The notes beneath the pieces were generated by a model. The model searched no databases. It saw only the letters and a list, made by a program, of their open reading frames with translations, and was not told the DNA's origin. A DNA stretch of 63,718 bases, counting the filler, from Folioceros fuciformis (taxonomy: Eukaryota): the NCBI GenBank assembly GCA_049999805.1. It is 7 parts of 7 records of this genome, joined end to end, with 100 filler letters (N's around TTAATTAATTAA, not from the genome) between each part and the next. Parts side by side here need not be neighbours in the genome. Positions count along the whole stretch, not along the records: positions 38,107 to 50,180 come from JBNGIO010004191.1; positions 50,281 to 57,190 come from JBNGIO010004192.1; positions 57,291 to 63,718 come from JBNGIO010004194.1; 4 more parts are not named here. One strand, given 5' to 3'. Positions 49,043-62,385 of the stretch are shown here, piece by piece. Position 1 is the first letter of the stretch, and every line of letters starts with the position of its first letter. A program made the translations under genes and the position numbers.

Positions 49043-50180
49043 TTAGCGAGGAAGGACGTCGAGAACAGTGTCACTCATGAGCACGTCGGTGTGGATGTTG
49101 GAGGTGTCGGAGCCTTGATCTTGGCTGCGATGGCGAGACGCCTTGGCCTTGGGAGCTGCCGCTGAAGCATCGACATCGGTGGACACTTCCCAGGCCAGCG
49201 TGCGCCATATATCGTCCAGGTCGCGGACCACCTCGAGAATGGAAGGCCGCTTGTCGGGATCGTCCTGGCAGCAGCTGATGGCGAGGCTCACCAGCGGCTG
49301 CAGCACCTCGGAGGAGTAGGCCCCCATGTGCGGATCCACAACATGCAGCACAGTGCCGGATTCGTACGCCATCTTCACCTCGCGCACGATGTTCTTGCCG
49401 TGGGAGATGGGATGCAGCCCGGTGATGAGCTCCAGCAACACCACCCCGAAGCTGTAGACATCGCTCTTGTCCGTGAGCTTGTGGGTGAGGAAGTACTCGG
49501 GGTCCAGGTACCCAGGCGTGCCCTTCACCACAGTGGATACGTACCCCGGGCCAGAGCCCTCCTGCTCCGGCGCTGGGGCCAGCTTAGAGAGCCCGAAGTC
49601 CGCTACCTTGGCATTCCGCTTCTGGTCCAGCAGGATGTTGGTGGCCTTGATGTCCCGGTGGAAGATGGGCGGGTTGGCCTCGTTGTGCAGGTAGGCGATC
49701 CCCTTGGCGCTCCCCAGGGCAATCCGGAGCCGCGCCACCATATCCAGCCCTGACTCCGAGCCCGCGGACAGATTCTCCCGCAACGTCCCGCCCTCCATGT
49801 ACTCGTACACCAGCATCTGCTCCCCCTGGTCATGGCAGTATCCCACCAGCTTCACCAGGTTCCGGTGATGCACCCGTGACAGCAGCTCGATCTCGGTGTA
49901 GAACTCCCGGCTTCCCTGCAAACTCCCCTCCTGCGCGCGCTTGATGGCCACCTGCCCCTCCACCGCCAGATCCCCGTGGTACACCTTCCCGTAGCCTCCC
50001 CGCCCGATGGCCCGATTGTCGCTGAATCCCTCCGTGGCGTCGCTCAGCTCCTGGAACGTGAACTCCTTCACGCCCGTGATGTGCACGTTGCTGCGGTCGG
50101 CGGTCAGCAGGCCGCGCCTGGCGGTCGACACACCTTTGCCTTCCCCTTTCCTCCTCCTCCTCACGTACCAGGCCCCGGCC
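49043..50180 (-). CDS. Receptor-like kinase cytoplasmic part (LRR-VIII-1-like), 5'-partial
   Basis: Basic stop-transfer [99 protein letters not shown]-terminal VLPR. Confidence 0.93.
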
Positions 50181-50280
50181 NNNNNNNNNNNNNNNNNNNN
50201 NNNNNNNNNNNNNNNNNNNNNNNNTTAATTAATTAANNNNNNNNNNNNNNNNNNNNNNNNNNNNNNNNNNNNNNNNNNNN
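50181..50280. other. Artificial contig-join linker
   Basis: N-TTAATTAATTAA-N; truncates the receptor kinase gene. Confidence 0.97.
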
Positions 50281-51259
50281 CAAAAGCAACAGCGGTCAAA
50301 ATGGTTACCTACTTACTTTTTGCTTCACATATTTTAGGAGCAATAGCTAATTTCGGGAATTATATTCAAGGGGCTAGTCCCTTCCGCCCTAGTGATTTGT
50401 TCCTCCTCATCTTAGGGGTTTTTTTTTTTTTTTGCAAATAATATTTTATTTGTAGAGTCAAAATCTCATTTAATTTTTCTCACAACATTGATATAATGAA
50501 GATTAATAAGTATAAGATCATTTACCTATGATGTGTCAAGTTCTTCTTCACATACATGGCATTCAAGGGGACAATTGCATACAATTGCTGGTGGTATATT
50601 TTGCATAAGAAAATTTACATAACACTTTTTATGTATTATGGTACGCTTATGAATATTGCAATATAATTTACTTAAACAAAAATGTTGAAACTTGGGCCCA
50701 AAATAGTGTGCAGCAAGTTCGCTACAATCACATATGGATATTGTCTTTGGAGGACAAATTGCAACTCTGCGATCCACCACTTCCTTGCACGGACATGGTG
50801 GGTTATCATCTGCTAAAATATATGATGCTGATGTAGGATCATGTATTAATTTTGTGAAAGTTGTATCTAAAAAATGTCCACAAGCTTTGTCTGTTATAAG
50901 CATAATTACAACAAATATAATAAAAATATAGATTTGCAAATACAAACCATTAAGAAAGGATGTTGTTGCACAAGAAAGATAGGGAAAGCACGTCATGTTT
51001 GTCCAGGAATCAATTATTTGTCAAAAATGTGCTAGTTTGAGAGATAGGGGAAAAATTGTATAATTTTTGAAAATAAAATATACTAGAGATTGGTAAGGTA
51101 GTTGACTGATTTTTTTTACTTTTTCTATATGAAAAGTAGAGATCTATATTGATTAGTTTTTTTTGTTGTACTATACATCGTTTCAAAGGTGAGAACCTTT
51201 ACTTTGATGGGAAGCAGAGCCATGTGTGTACTTCCTTGCATAAGACCTTATATGCAACT

Positions 51260-53910
51260 CCCATGGTTGGGTTCTAAGTCTATTGTGGTTGATGCAGCAT
51301 GGACAACCTCAGCATATGACGTATGGAACTCAATGGACTCATATCTGGGCTCTTTCCATTGTTCAAGTGATGGCCTATGTCTGCTAGATCATCTGGGGGG
51401 AGGATCATCGTGGAGTAGGGGTTCTTCTTCAACTTCTGGTCCAGCGTCCAGCATTTCTGGAACATCACGTAGGCCTGCTGGAACATCATCATGTGCTACA
51501 CCATCCTGGAAATGCTAATCCTAGAGCCTATATCACTTGTGCTCGGGGTGCAGGGTTGGGCCCTGTATCATCTGGGAAGTTAGATTCAGATGTCTCTTCG
51601 TTTTCCAGATGTCCTCCCTCAGCAGCTGAATTGGCTCCCTCAGAATCCCAGTGAGACTGGAAACCTGAGGTAGCAGGGCGTGTGGGCTCGATGAAGGTGA
51701 CAGAATGGGCTAGAACAGCTCTCTGTGAGGTAGGATTGGATAGTTTGTACACTTTTGATGTTTCATTGTATCCTACGAAGATGAGTGCTTGAGCACAAGA
51801 ATCTAACTTCCGTCTTTTCTCTGCAGGGATAAGAGCAAACGCGTGAGATCCAAATACCCGTAGATGGAGCAAGCTTGGTTTCCTGTGCCACACAACTTCA
51901 TAGGGTGTCATCAATGGAACTGGACTGGTAAACATCTTATTGAGTACATATGCAGCAGCAACAATGGCCTCATCCCAGAATGTCTGAGGTAATCCAGCCT
52001 AGAGAAGCATGCTACGTGTCATGGATAAGAGGGTTTGATTCTTTCGTTCAGCCACGCCATTCTGCTGTGGTGTGTACGGGACCGTCAACTGCCTATGTAC
52101 CCCATGTTCTTGCAGAAATGCATCAAAGGTTGCGTTTACAAATTTTGTACCGTTGTCAGTCCTTAAGTACTTGACAAACTGTCCTGTCTGGCGTTGTACG
52201 GTTATAAACCAGTCTTGGAATGTGTCGAGGGTATCACTCTTTAAGTGCATAGGATATGTCCAGGTGTACCATGAGTAATCATTTGTGATGCATAAGTAGT
52301 AGGAAGCGCCACCTAGTGAGGGCACTTGTATCTTACCTAATATATCAACATGCACAAGTTCAAGGACAGCCTTTGCTCTGTAGGACGCTAGGTGAGGAAA
52401 TGGGTGCTGCTTCTGCTTGGCTATAATGCAAGCGTCACAGGAAGGAAGATCCTTAAAACACCGGGGTAAGGGTTCCTTGTGACATTCCTGAAGAGACATA
52501 TCTACTAACTTGTGTTGATTCACATGGCAAAGGCAAGTATGCCACAGGATTCCTAACTTCTGTTTATCTGTGGATGTCAGGCCCGCCACCTGCTTATGTG
52601 TATAGATATCCAATCTGTACATATCGTTTTCAAGAATGCCTCTAAAGACATACGAAGACGGGTCAGAGTTCCTATAGAACAAATATGTGTCATCTGCAGC
52701 CTTCATGTGATAGGTCCTTGCTGCATTAGCTTGCTTAGGGATAGTAGGTTCTTTGCCATAGATAGCACATACAACACATCCTGCAGGGTCAGGATTGATC
52801 CATCATGGAGACTGAATTTGCGGATACCTTGCCCTTGTATTTGCAAATTGGTCCGGTTTTGCTCATAACCCAGGAGCACTTTTGTTGTGGGCTGGCGTGA
52901 ATCAAGAGTGAAGAACTGATCTTTGTCCTTGCATATGTGTGAGGTTGCGCATGAATCAAGGTACCAGCTCCCTTCCTTGTGCACAGAACGAGCAAGACAC
53001 ACAATGAGGATCTGCACCGGTGGTTTGGTGTCACCTGATTGTTTGTCCTTTATGGCAACATTCGCAGTGCCCTTAGTAGCACGTTGAGGTTTGCAAGCTT
53101 TCTTCTTCTTGCACTCTCTGGCCCATTGGCCAGCAATTCCACACAAGTTACAGTTTCCTAGTCTCTTGGATGGGAACGAACCACTGTCAAGTTTGCCACT
53201 TGTTGAAGGCCGTGTTGTTTTAGACTTTCCCTTACTAGGTCGAAAGCCTGTAGCTAATACCTTTTCTACCTTGTTCCTGGGAACACTAGCAAAGTTCAAG
53301 CGTGAGTGCTCTTCTTGGTACAAAGCACCTATCACATCTTCACACGTGATAGTGCTTATAGACCCTCCAGCAACGCCACTTGGCTTGACAGGTCCATTTT
53401 GTGTTGTAACAAAAGCTTGATAAGATGGGGGTAAGCTAGAGAGCAACTTTGCAACCGCCTGTGCTTCTGGTATCTTCTCACTAGTCAGTAAGGTGATATG
53501 GGCTCGTAGTTGTCAAAATCGACTTATGTTTGTCGATATCTTCTCTCCCTCCCTCATCTTGAGTGTGTACAGCTCCGTTTGAATAGCACACAGGCTCATC
53601 ATGTTTTGACTTTTGTATGTCCTTTCCAGTTGATTCCACATTTCAGGAGCATCCATTAGGTGTTCAACATCCGGCACAAGATCAACATCAAGAGATGAGA
53701 TGAGTGTAGATCCCATTTAGCAATGTCATCTATCGTTGTCTTGTTTGCTTCAGTAGCAACAAGGTTTGGCTTTGCGTATGTGCTAGCAACAATGTCCCAA
53801 ACACCACGAGCCAACAGAATTGCCTTTATGTGAACACGCCAAACAGAATATCTATTTCCATTGAAACGATTTTTCTCCTTCAGCTCAGAGGTAAAGTTAG
53901 GTCTAGACAT
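51260..53910 (-). mobile_element. Ty1/copia gag-protease-integrase, degenerate
   Basis: LKEKNRFNG, LSSLPPSY, CNLCGIAGQWAREC, WYLDSCATSH, LWHTCLCH, VHVDI, RTDNGTKF, PYTPQQNGVAERKN, LRVFGS. Confidence 0.93.
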
Positions 53911-54197
53911 GCTTCCAAATTTGGGATTTGATGTTGGTTTGAAATGTCTTAAAATGCAAGATAAGATGGAAAGGTAAAAACTCGACATGATGGAAAGCCA
54001 AAGACTCTATATACCTGATAATGATATAACTCAAATGGTACATAATATTGATGCAAATGCAAATAGCAAGCAGGTAATGACCCAATTAACTTAAATAAGG
54101 GAACCTATTCAAATGAAGAGATGGGTCACTGCCAATATGATTCAAATATGAAACATGATATGAATGGAGAGATGTCATTGCATTATGATCCACTTAT

Positions 54198-54290
54198 AGT
54201 TGTAGTTGTAGTTGTAGTTGTAGTTGTAGTTGTAGTTGTAGTTGTAGTTGTAGTTGTAGTTGTAGTTGTAGTTGTAGTTGTAGTTGTAGT
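54198..54290. repeat. (GTTGTA)n microsatellite
   Basis: About 15 perfect hexamer copies. Confidence 0.97.
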
Positions 54291-54783
54291 GGTAGGTACT
54301 TACGGGGTTGGTATTCTAAAGTTTAGGGTAGTCCCCCTTTTTCTTGTGACTCTCTTAGAGCCTCTTCACCCTCTTCTTTAAGATAGATGGGATCTCCCAT
54401 ATATTTTGAAAGAAAATATACATTGACTTGTTTTTTGAACTTAAAAGCAGCGTTCTCTTTTTTTTATAAAGTACGTATGGCTACATAGTACTTTTTGTAC
54501 CTTTTGTACCGTTGTACTTGATATGGTTGTTGAGTATGATACTTAGCTTAGCATTCCTATTCTTTTGTTGAAGCATTATTGCTGCTTAATATGGTTGTTG
54601 AGTACGATGCTTAGCATTTGTATTCTTTCATTATTGTTGCGCGGTTCTTATGTCTACTCATTGTAATTTTGTTTTGTTTTTTAGGGTTTTCACGACCAAC
54701 TGTTGAAGATCCTTTTGAAGTGCAAAAGCTTATCTTTGTGAGTCGCCCAAAGTATTGTCTTGTCGTAAAGACAAAGACTAAAA

Positions 54784-56231
54784 ATGGACAATTATATCAT
54801 AACACAAAGATTGGAAAAGGACGAAAATATTAGAAGACGAAGACTAAAAATGGACAAAATTATCGAAAGACAAAGACGGTGAAATGGATATAATTATCCA
54901 AAGCCAAAGACGTGGAATGCAAGATATGATGGAAGCACAAAGACTTGATGTAGCCCATCCTATGGAAGAATGGGAAAGGCACGTTATCTTTAGAGAACAA
55001 AGGCTCAAAATGGACAATATTATTAATGGACAAAGATTGGAAGTGGACAATATCATCGAAAGTCAAAGACTGGAAATGTATTATTCTATGGAAAGGCAAA
55101 TCCTAGAAATGGAAGATTTTATCAATGCATGAAGATAGGAAATGAACATTACAATGGAAAGACAAAGACTTAAAATGCAAGATAAGATGGAAAGCCAAAG
55201 GCTCGACATGATGGAAAGCCAAAGACTTTATATACCTGATAATGATATGACTCAAATGGTACATAATATTGATGCAAATGCAAATGCAAATAGCAAGCTA
55301 GGTAATGACCCAATTAACTTAAATAAGGGAACCTATTCAAATGANNNNNNNNNNTTATGATCCACATGCTTCACCGCATGTGGCATTTGATCCAAATGAA
55401 AGACCAAATAGATATCATGACCATGACGAGGGGGGTAATAGTAGATATCATGCTCATGACGAGGTGAGTCATAGCACATATTATTCAAGTGGCAAGTATA
55501 ATCTACTTCAACAAGTACATAATGGCCACTATGGTTCAAATGCTTCATATGATTCACATGAAGAGGAAGAGGCTGCCACATACAATCAAAATGGAGAGGA
55601 GCCTAAAAACCAAAAGTATTGGTATTATGCGCACGAAGACCAATATGGTGCCCCACATAATCCAAATGGAGAGCCAGCTATTGATGAATCAATGCACCAT
55701 AATGACCAACATGACGAGATGGTTAATAACAACTATTGTTCAAATAATGGTTATTATCCAAATCCAATGAGACATAATGGCCAATATGGCTCAAATGCTT
55801 CTTATCATCAAAATGAAGAGGTAGCTTATGGGTATTATCCAAACTCAACAATACATAATGCCCAACATGGTTATCGGTATGGCTCAAATGCTTCTTATAA
55901 TCCAAATGAAGAGTTAGCTTACGGCCAATATTATTCGAATTACGTGGGTAGAGACTAATATAACCAACATTATTCGAATTACGTGGGTAGAGACCAATAT
56001 AACCAACATTATTCCAATTACGTGGCTAGAGACCAATATAACCAGCATTATTCAAATTACGTGGATAGACACCAATATAACCAACATTATTCAAATTGTG
56101 TGGAGAGAGTCCAATATAACTCAAATGCACCATATGATTTGAATGGAGATGTATGTAATAACCAAAATTATTGCAATGTCCCAAATGGTCCAAATGGAGA
56201 GGTGCCTAATAAGAAGTACAATTTAAATTAA
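54784..56231 (+). pseudogene. Repetitive low-complexity reading frame (11-aa MD(N)IIESQRLE repeats, then N/Y/H/Q-rich with 13-aa QYNQHYSNYVGRD repeats)
   Basis: ORFs 54884/55142 and 55341/55983 are in-frame pairs separated by single stops; TAA at 55956 replaces the CAA seen in neighbouring repeats. Confidence 0.5.
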
Positions 56232-57190
56232 GAGGTAGCTAATGATCAACATCATTGCAATTATGTGTATGAAAGAGGAACATGATTCAATTGCCGCATA
56301 TCATCCAAATGAAGAAGAAGCTGGCTAGCAGCTTGATTTGAATTATGTGTGTGAAGGCTAGTATGGTTCAAATGTCTTTGTCCACTCGGATCCAAATGGA
56401 ACATTATGTAATGACCCATATGATTCCGACACTAAGTAGAATGCACTATTGTTGATTAGGGTACTAGATCAATTTTAGAGGATCCTAGCTTACTTGATGT
56501 TTTATTAATTTAATTTAATTCAATTTTTATTATATTTATCCTTGTTTATTAGATATTTACTATTTACCTAGAAATAACTTATCTATTGAAATTTTCTCAA
56601 ATGTGTAATGTTTATCCTAACAATGCACTTGTTTTTAGCCTCTTTGTTTCTCTCTCGATTTGCACATCTCCTTTAGTCTAATGATTCCTGCTGCTCCTCC
56701 TCCCATCGCTAGCCATGAGCAACTTCATATCTTGTGCCAATTGGACTCCACGGGTTGCAAGGCGATTGTAGGCCCCTTGGACTTAGTGGGTTGTGGGGTG
56801 GCTACAGGCCCGTGATTGTTTTAGTTTTTTAGTCGTATCATGTTGCCACTATTGGCGCTTGGTTACCTTGCTCTCACTTTGCAAATGTCATGACTTAGAA
56901 AGTCTATTGGCACAATGTGTCGTTCGTGTGAACTTGTGATACAAGATAACTTCACACAAGTTGGCGTCCTTGAAAATACAAGTGCGTGAAGAGAATAACG
57001 TTGTTGCGTTTTGCTTGATAAGACGATTAGTAGACAAAAAGTTATCGCGAGAGGAAAAGTGATAAGCAGTTGCTTTGGTAGGTAACTTTCTCAAACGGTT
57101 TTATACCGCTTAGGGATGTTCATCCAGGTAGTTAGTAACGAGAGGTTGCAAGTATATAGGGGTCTGAAAAGAATGAATAAGCATTCTTTT

Positions 57191-57290
57191 NNNNNNNNNN
57201 NNNNNNNNNNNNNNNNNNNNNNNNNNNNNNNNNNTTAATTAATTAANNNNNNNNNNNNNNNNNNNNNNNNNNNNNNNNNNNNNNNNNNNN
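57191..57290. other. Artificial contig-join linker
   Basis: N-TTAATTAATTAA-N. Confidence 0.97.
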
Positions 57291-57795
57291 CCCCTATTAG
57301 GTCAGAACTAGGTTTGGGTCAAAGTTAGGGTTAGATCAGAGTTAGGTTTAGGTCAGAATTAGGGGCGGCTTAGGTCAGAGAGAGATTGCTGGGTGGTTGA
57401 CTGAGGCTAACCCTAATAGATAGAGATGGAGGTTTGGGCCAAGGTAGTATAAGAGGCTAGACCTGCCATTGAGGAGGGGGCTGTCTACGGTGCGATTTTC
57501 CTGGACCTTGGGTGCAGAACTCCTGGCTTAAGGCGCTGAGCTGGTTGAGACTAAACCAAGGTCTTGATTTCCCTTGCCACTAGGGGAACGTGGAGGATCC
57601 CAAGACTGCCAAGATTCGTGTGGCCGGATCCGCAATGGCTGACCACCTTGCATGCTGGCTGAGGTGAGGTTGCAGGGCCGTGAGCCAAGGAGGCTACCCA
57701 GCCCTAGGCCTCGCCTTTGCCTTGAAGGCTGCAAGAGGGAAGGCTGGTGTGTTCCAAATTGCAAGAGAGAAGGGTTGAGTTGAAGATTTTGGAAG

Positions 57796-57943
57796 TGGAA
57801 GTGTTGAAGTGAGGAGTTGAGCTGAAGTGAGGGGCTGGAGGGTGAAGTGAAGTGCTGAAGTGAAGGACTGAAGTGCTGAAGTGCTGAAGTGAAGGACTGA
57901 AGTGCTGAAGTGAAGGACTGAAGTGCTGAAGTGAAGGACTGAA
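57796..57943. repeat. TGAAG-based tandem repeat (GAAGTGCTGAAGTGAAGGACT)
   Basis: 21-bp units and sub-units running into an N gap. Confidence 0.85.
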
Positions 57944-59349
57944 NNNNNNNNNNNNNNNNNNNNNNNNNNNNNNNNNNNNNNNNNNNNNNNNNNNNNNNNN
58001 NNNNNNNNNNNNNNNNNNNNNNNNNNNNNNNNNNNNNNNNNNNCGTTCAGCTGCGGAGGTAGCTAGCACTAGGTGCTGAGAGTTGGAGGCCAGACTTGGG
58101 GCTGGAGCCTCCTCTTAGCACTGAAGTGATTGATACTTGGAGCTGGAAATGAGGGCTGAAGACAATGCTGGAGTTCTCATTTTGTTGAGGCTGGGGTTGG
58201 TGTTGTGGTAGGAGCCGAAGACAGGACCGAGACTTCTGACCTATTGCTGTAGCACTTGGTATATGCTGATAGATAGGGTGAGATTAGGGAGATGTAGGTA
58301 ACCTTGACATTAGTTCACTCCCTTGGAAGCGAATCATAAGACTGCAACGATAATAAGGGGAAGTGTGGCCCCTTGGTGGTTCTTGGGTGTGCAAGAAATC
58401 ACTCCACACTGCCATATATCCAGTCAAGCTGGATGTTTGCATCACATGCCCAAGTCCGTAGGTCTATCAAATCCCTTGAGTTTAGTTGGCCCCCAAATCA
58501 AGAAAAGGACAAAACATTGGTTTGGGGAGAGTTGGCTACCCTCGTGGGTCGTCCCCTACTACCGGAACCCACCTGAGTATTGTTGGAGGTCCGCGCCATA
58601 GTTGATGGAACAAAACCCCAAGAATGTCGGTTGCCCTCCTTTACGCAAGGTTAGTATACCCCTACCTCCGTAGGCAACTGCTCCCAGCTTCTGTGCAGCT
58701 GATTTCACGTCCCTTGCACGTTTCTCCCTATGGCCCTCACCACAGCAAAGCCCTTTCTCTCTCTTTGAGTCCGCTTGGTCACAACAAGTAGGTCCCCGGC
58801 GTAGGTGTCTTGTCGCACAACTACTCCCTTATTCCCCGCTATGTAGGTAGATGTAGTTCCCTACGTGGAGGTGAGCACCCTTTGTTGATGGGACACCTTA
58901 GGTTGGGACCCCTTTAAATACCCTCTTGTCGTAGGTATACTTCTATATGTAGTAACTGCCCTTAATAGATACCCTACATAGGTGTCCCTTTTTCTGTAGG
59001 TAGCTTGCCCTTCACAACTATATTTCTTATTTGGGTACTACCTCCCACAGAGATATCCTCCCTACATGGGCATACCTCCCTATAGGTAGCCATCCCAAAG
59101 AAGGTAACTTCTTTATAATACTACCCCTTATTATCTCCACTCATCTAACCTACCAAACCAAGACCAAACAAAACTGAAAATGTTATTAGCCGCTCCCTAC
59201 CTACTGTGGGTATTTGCCAAAAACCCACATTCCACAAAGGACTCCACTTATGTACCTATTGTTTCATCCAACCCGGAAAGTAGGATAGAAAATCCTATTT
59301 TGTTTCCCTTTTTCTACTTATCAACCATATCTTCTACAAGTTCTAACTC

Positions 59350-62300
59350 TATTGAAACAGTTATTCCTGATGCTGGTGTCCAACTTCCTATAAATGTGCC
59401 CTCAGATATAGAAGGATTGGATGCTCTAGTAGCTGACATACCTACTGTTGTTTATCAGCTGCCATCAGATGATAATTAGTCTTTGGCCCCTCAGTCTTCA
59501 CTTGATGAGGAGGATGCTGGCCTTGGCGAACATGTTGCTAAGTCGGGTTCTCTAGCAAATTTTTCTACTCCTACTGTTTCCTCTCTTCATTATCCTATGA
59601 GAGAATAGCAACCTTGAGAACTGTGGCTAGAGCAACCCTACCAGTTTGTTGATTTTAAGAAACCATCAACACATGTTGCAGCTATCACCATACTTGAAGT
59701 GAGGCCAGATCCTCAATCGTATCGAGAAGCTTTGGAAGGTCCTGATGGGGAATAGTGGAGATTCTCTATTGCTGAGGAATATAATTCATTGATTAAAAAT
59801 AACACTTGGGAGCTTGCAAACTTGCCACTTGGAAGAAAACCAATCACCTATAAGTGGGTTTTCAAAACAAAGCTTAAAGTTGATGGGACCATTGCTAGGT
59901 ATAAATCTAGGTTGGTTGCCCGCGGCTTTAGTCAGATTCCAGGGATTGATTACGGAGATACCTTCAGTCCTGTGGTGAAGTTGCCGTTTATTCGAATTCT
60001 TCTAGCCATGGCAGCAGAGTTCAATCTGGAGCTTCACCAGATGGATGTGTAAACTGCCTTTCTTCATGGGGAGTTGGAGGAGGTGTTGTACATGACACAA
60101 GCTCGAAGGATTTGTGAGTAAACAGTATCCCAGCAAGGTCTACAAGCTACTCAAGATGATTTATGGATTAAAGCAAAGTCCACGGGCTTGGTTCAAATGG
60201 ATCATGAAGTTCTTAAAAAGTTCTGGTTTCTACAAGAACCCAGCAGACTCAAATGTCTTTTACCTTACAGAGCATGATTTGTTTGTGATCCTGGCACTTT
60301 ATGTTGATAATGCAATCCTTCTCAGCAACAGTCTTCAGCAAATTGACAAGGTTAAAGCCTTTCTGAGGTCAAAGTTCAAGACGACTGACCAAGGCCCTCT
60401 GCAACTTTGTTTAGGAGTACATATTCTTAGGGATAGGCAGCAAGGCACAATTGTTCTTCATCAAAACAAATACTTAAAGGAAATTATGACCAGATTTCAC
60501 CTTGAATCTACTCGTTCGGCTGCCACCGCATCTATAGTGAGAGAAAAGTTGATCGTGGAGCAGTCCCCTCAATTTGCAGCTGATAAGGAGGACATTTCTA
60601 TGGTCCCCTATGCAGAAGCTACTAGCTGCCTCATTTTTTGTGCTAATTGGACCAGGCTAGACATCTCATATGCTATTAGTATGGTCTCGCAATTTCTCAA
60701 GAATCTAGGAAGGGCACATTGGCATGCTGTTAAACGGATCTTTAGGTATCTCAAAGGCACCTTGGCATATGGCCTACACTATACATCCAGTGGGAGAAGA
60801 GAGTTTGCTCTTGTTGCTTTTGCCGATGCTAATTGGGCTGTTGATGCTGATTCTAAAAGAAGTCTGTCAGCTTATGTTTTTCTCCTGGATTCTGGATCAG
60901 TCAAATGGTCTTGCTACAAGCAGGCATCACTAGCTCTGTCCTCAACGGAGGTAGAGTATAAATATTTGACTGATGCATGCAAGGAAGCTGAATGGGAGAG
61001 GCAATACCTTGATTCAATTAGGTTGTCATAGTCTGGTGCTACTCCCTTTTTTTTTGACAACATGTCAACTATAGCATTAGTAGCCAATCCAAGGTTCCAT
61101 GCTAGAACATAACACATAGAACTTTATCATCATTACATACGTGACGTTGTTGAGTGTGGTCTTGTGAAGGTCCAGTATGTCAGTATGGATAAAAATATAG
61201 ATGACCTCTTGATTAAAGGACCACCTCAATCTAAACACTATCAGCACCTTGTAGCTCTAAGTCTCAGGGAATTTATTCTCCTTGCTCCTATCCCTAAGTC
61301 CTTATCAGAATCCTCACAAATGTAAGGTTGTTCAGGAATCTTGTGCATTTTGTTGATACAGCTTTAGGCTGGCCCTCTTTGCTTCCTATTTATTTGCTGG
61401 TTGGGGTAATCTGTAGGGGTGTGTGATCAAAACCAAGTTGTTAGTTTAGTGGACGAAGCTTCACAGTTGTGGGATTTAATTGTGAGCTGCAGCATTTGTG
61501 AGTTAGGCAGAACTAGCTACTGTGTTTAGGCAGTCTACAGAGTTTAAGGGTACCTTTATGAGTTGTTCCAAGACTTAGGACCTGTAGCTAGCTTGTTTTT
61601 CCAGTCCGCAATCCCTTGAATCATTTCTCTGACTTCATCCTATGTTAGTGGCTGTGTTGACATATCGTTGCTTGGTTCTCTCGTCAACAGCTCCACGAGC
61701 TCTTCTATAGCGGCCTTTGCCTTGGTCAACAAGTTGGAAAGCTCGTCGCACTTGTTTGCTGTGGCCTGTAGTACAAGTGCAACAATCGCTGCTTATCAAC
61801 TTGTGAAGGCCACCATGATGCAGAGCTGCCTCCTGGTGCCGGCGCAGTGGGAGCTTGGGCGTTCTTCAGCTTCCGCGTTGATACTTGAGCAAGGGTTTCT
61901 GGCATTCGAGACTACTTGGCGGGCTGTCCTCAACACCAGACAGCTCGCAGCTCTCTTCTGGCCCCTGCTCCAGCCTAGGCCATGGTTGGGACGAGAGTCC
62001 TCTATTCTACGTGCACGCCATAATGTGATGAAGGCTTGTGGTGACTCCGGTGATTTGATTCCAGCTGTTGCTTGTCATCGTTGAACGCGCTTGTGGATTC
62101 TTAAGCTGGGTGACGAGCGTGTTGGCATATGAAGAGTCACTCACGAGAACTAGCTAGCTTGGCCGGGGTTGTTGTGGACTTGTGCAAAATTATGATGCAC
62201 GTTCCATTTAACCTCGTCCGGTTAAGTGGGAGTATTAAAGTAATAAGTTTTAACCTGACTCAGTAAATTGTTAGGCTAATCTATCTAGGGTTAGATCTAG

Positions 62301-62385
62301 CTCAGTATATAAATGCACAATACACTTTATTATAAACACTTTTTAGAACTTTCCTTGCTTATGTGTTTCTGCTAGTGCAAACACA
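59350..62385 (+). mobile_element. Ty1/copia 3' half: IN-RT linker, RT-RNaseH, ~900-bp 3' region, PPT and 3' LTR (~62233-62385)
   Basis: KSRLVARGFSQ, LELHQMDV, YGLKQSPRAW, LYVDN, FADANWA, SSTEVEY; PPT TTAAGTGGGAG at 62222-62232. Confidence 0.92.
61560..61860 (-). pseudogene. Decayed antisense accessory ORF homologous to 30843-31415
   Basis: SASWWPSQVD / frameshift / AAIVALVLQATANKCDELSNLLTKAKAAIEELVELLTREPSNDMSTQPLT*DEVREMIQGIAD. Confidence 0.6.

Noticed and set aside
54121-54381. Poly-valine protein
   Set aside because: Translation of the (GTTGTA)n microsatellite.
57291-57420. Telomeric array
   Set aside because: Only scattered TTAGG(G/T) words without regular TTTAGGG periodicity.
61668-62084. 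Sense-strand env-like ORF after pol
   Set aside because: The conserved protein signal lies on the opposite strand; this frame is its shadow.
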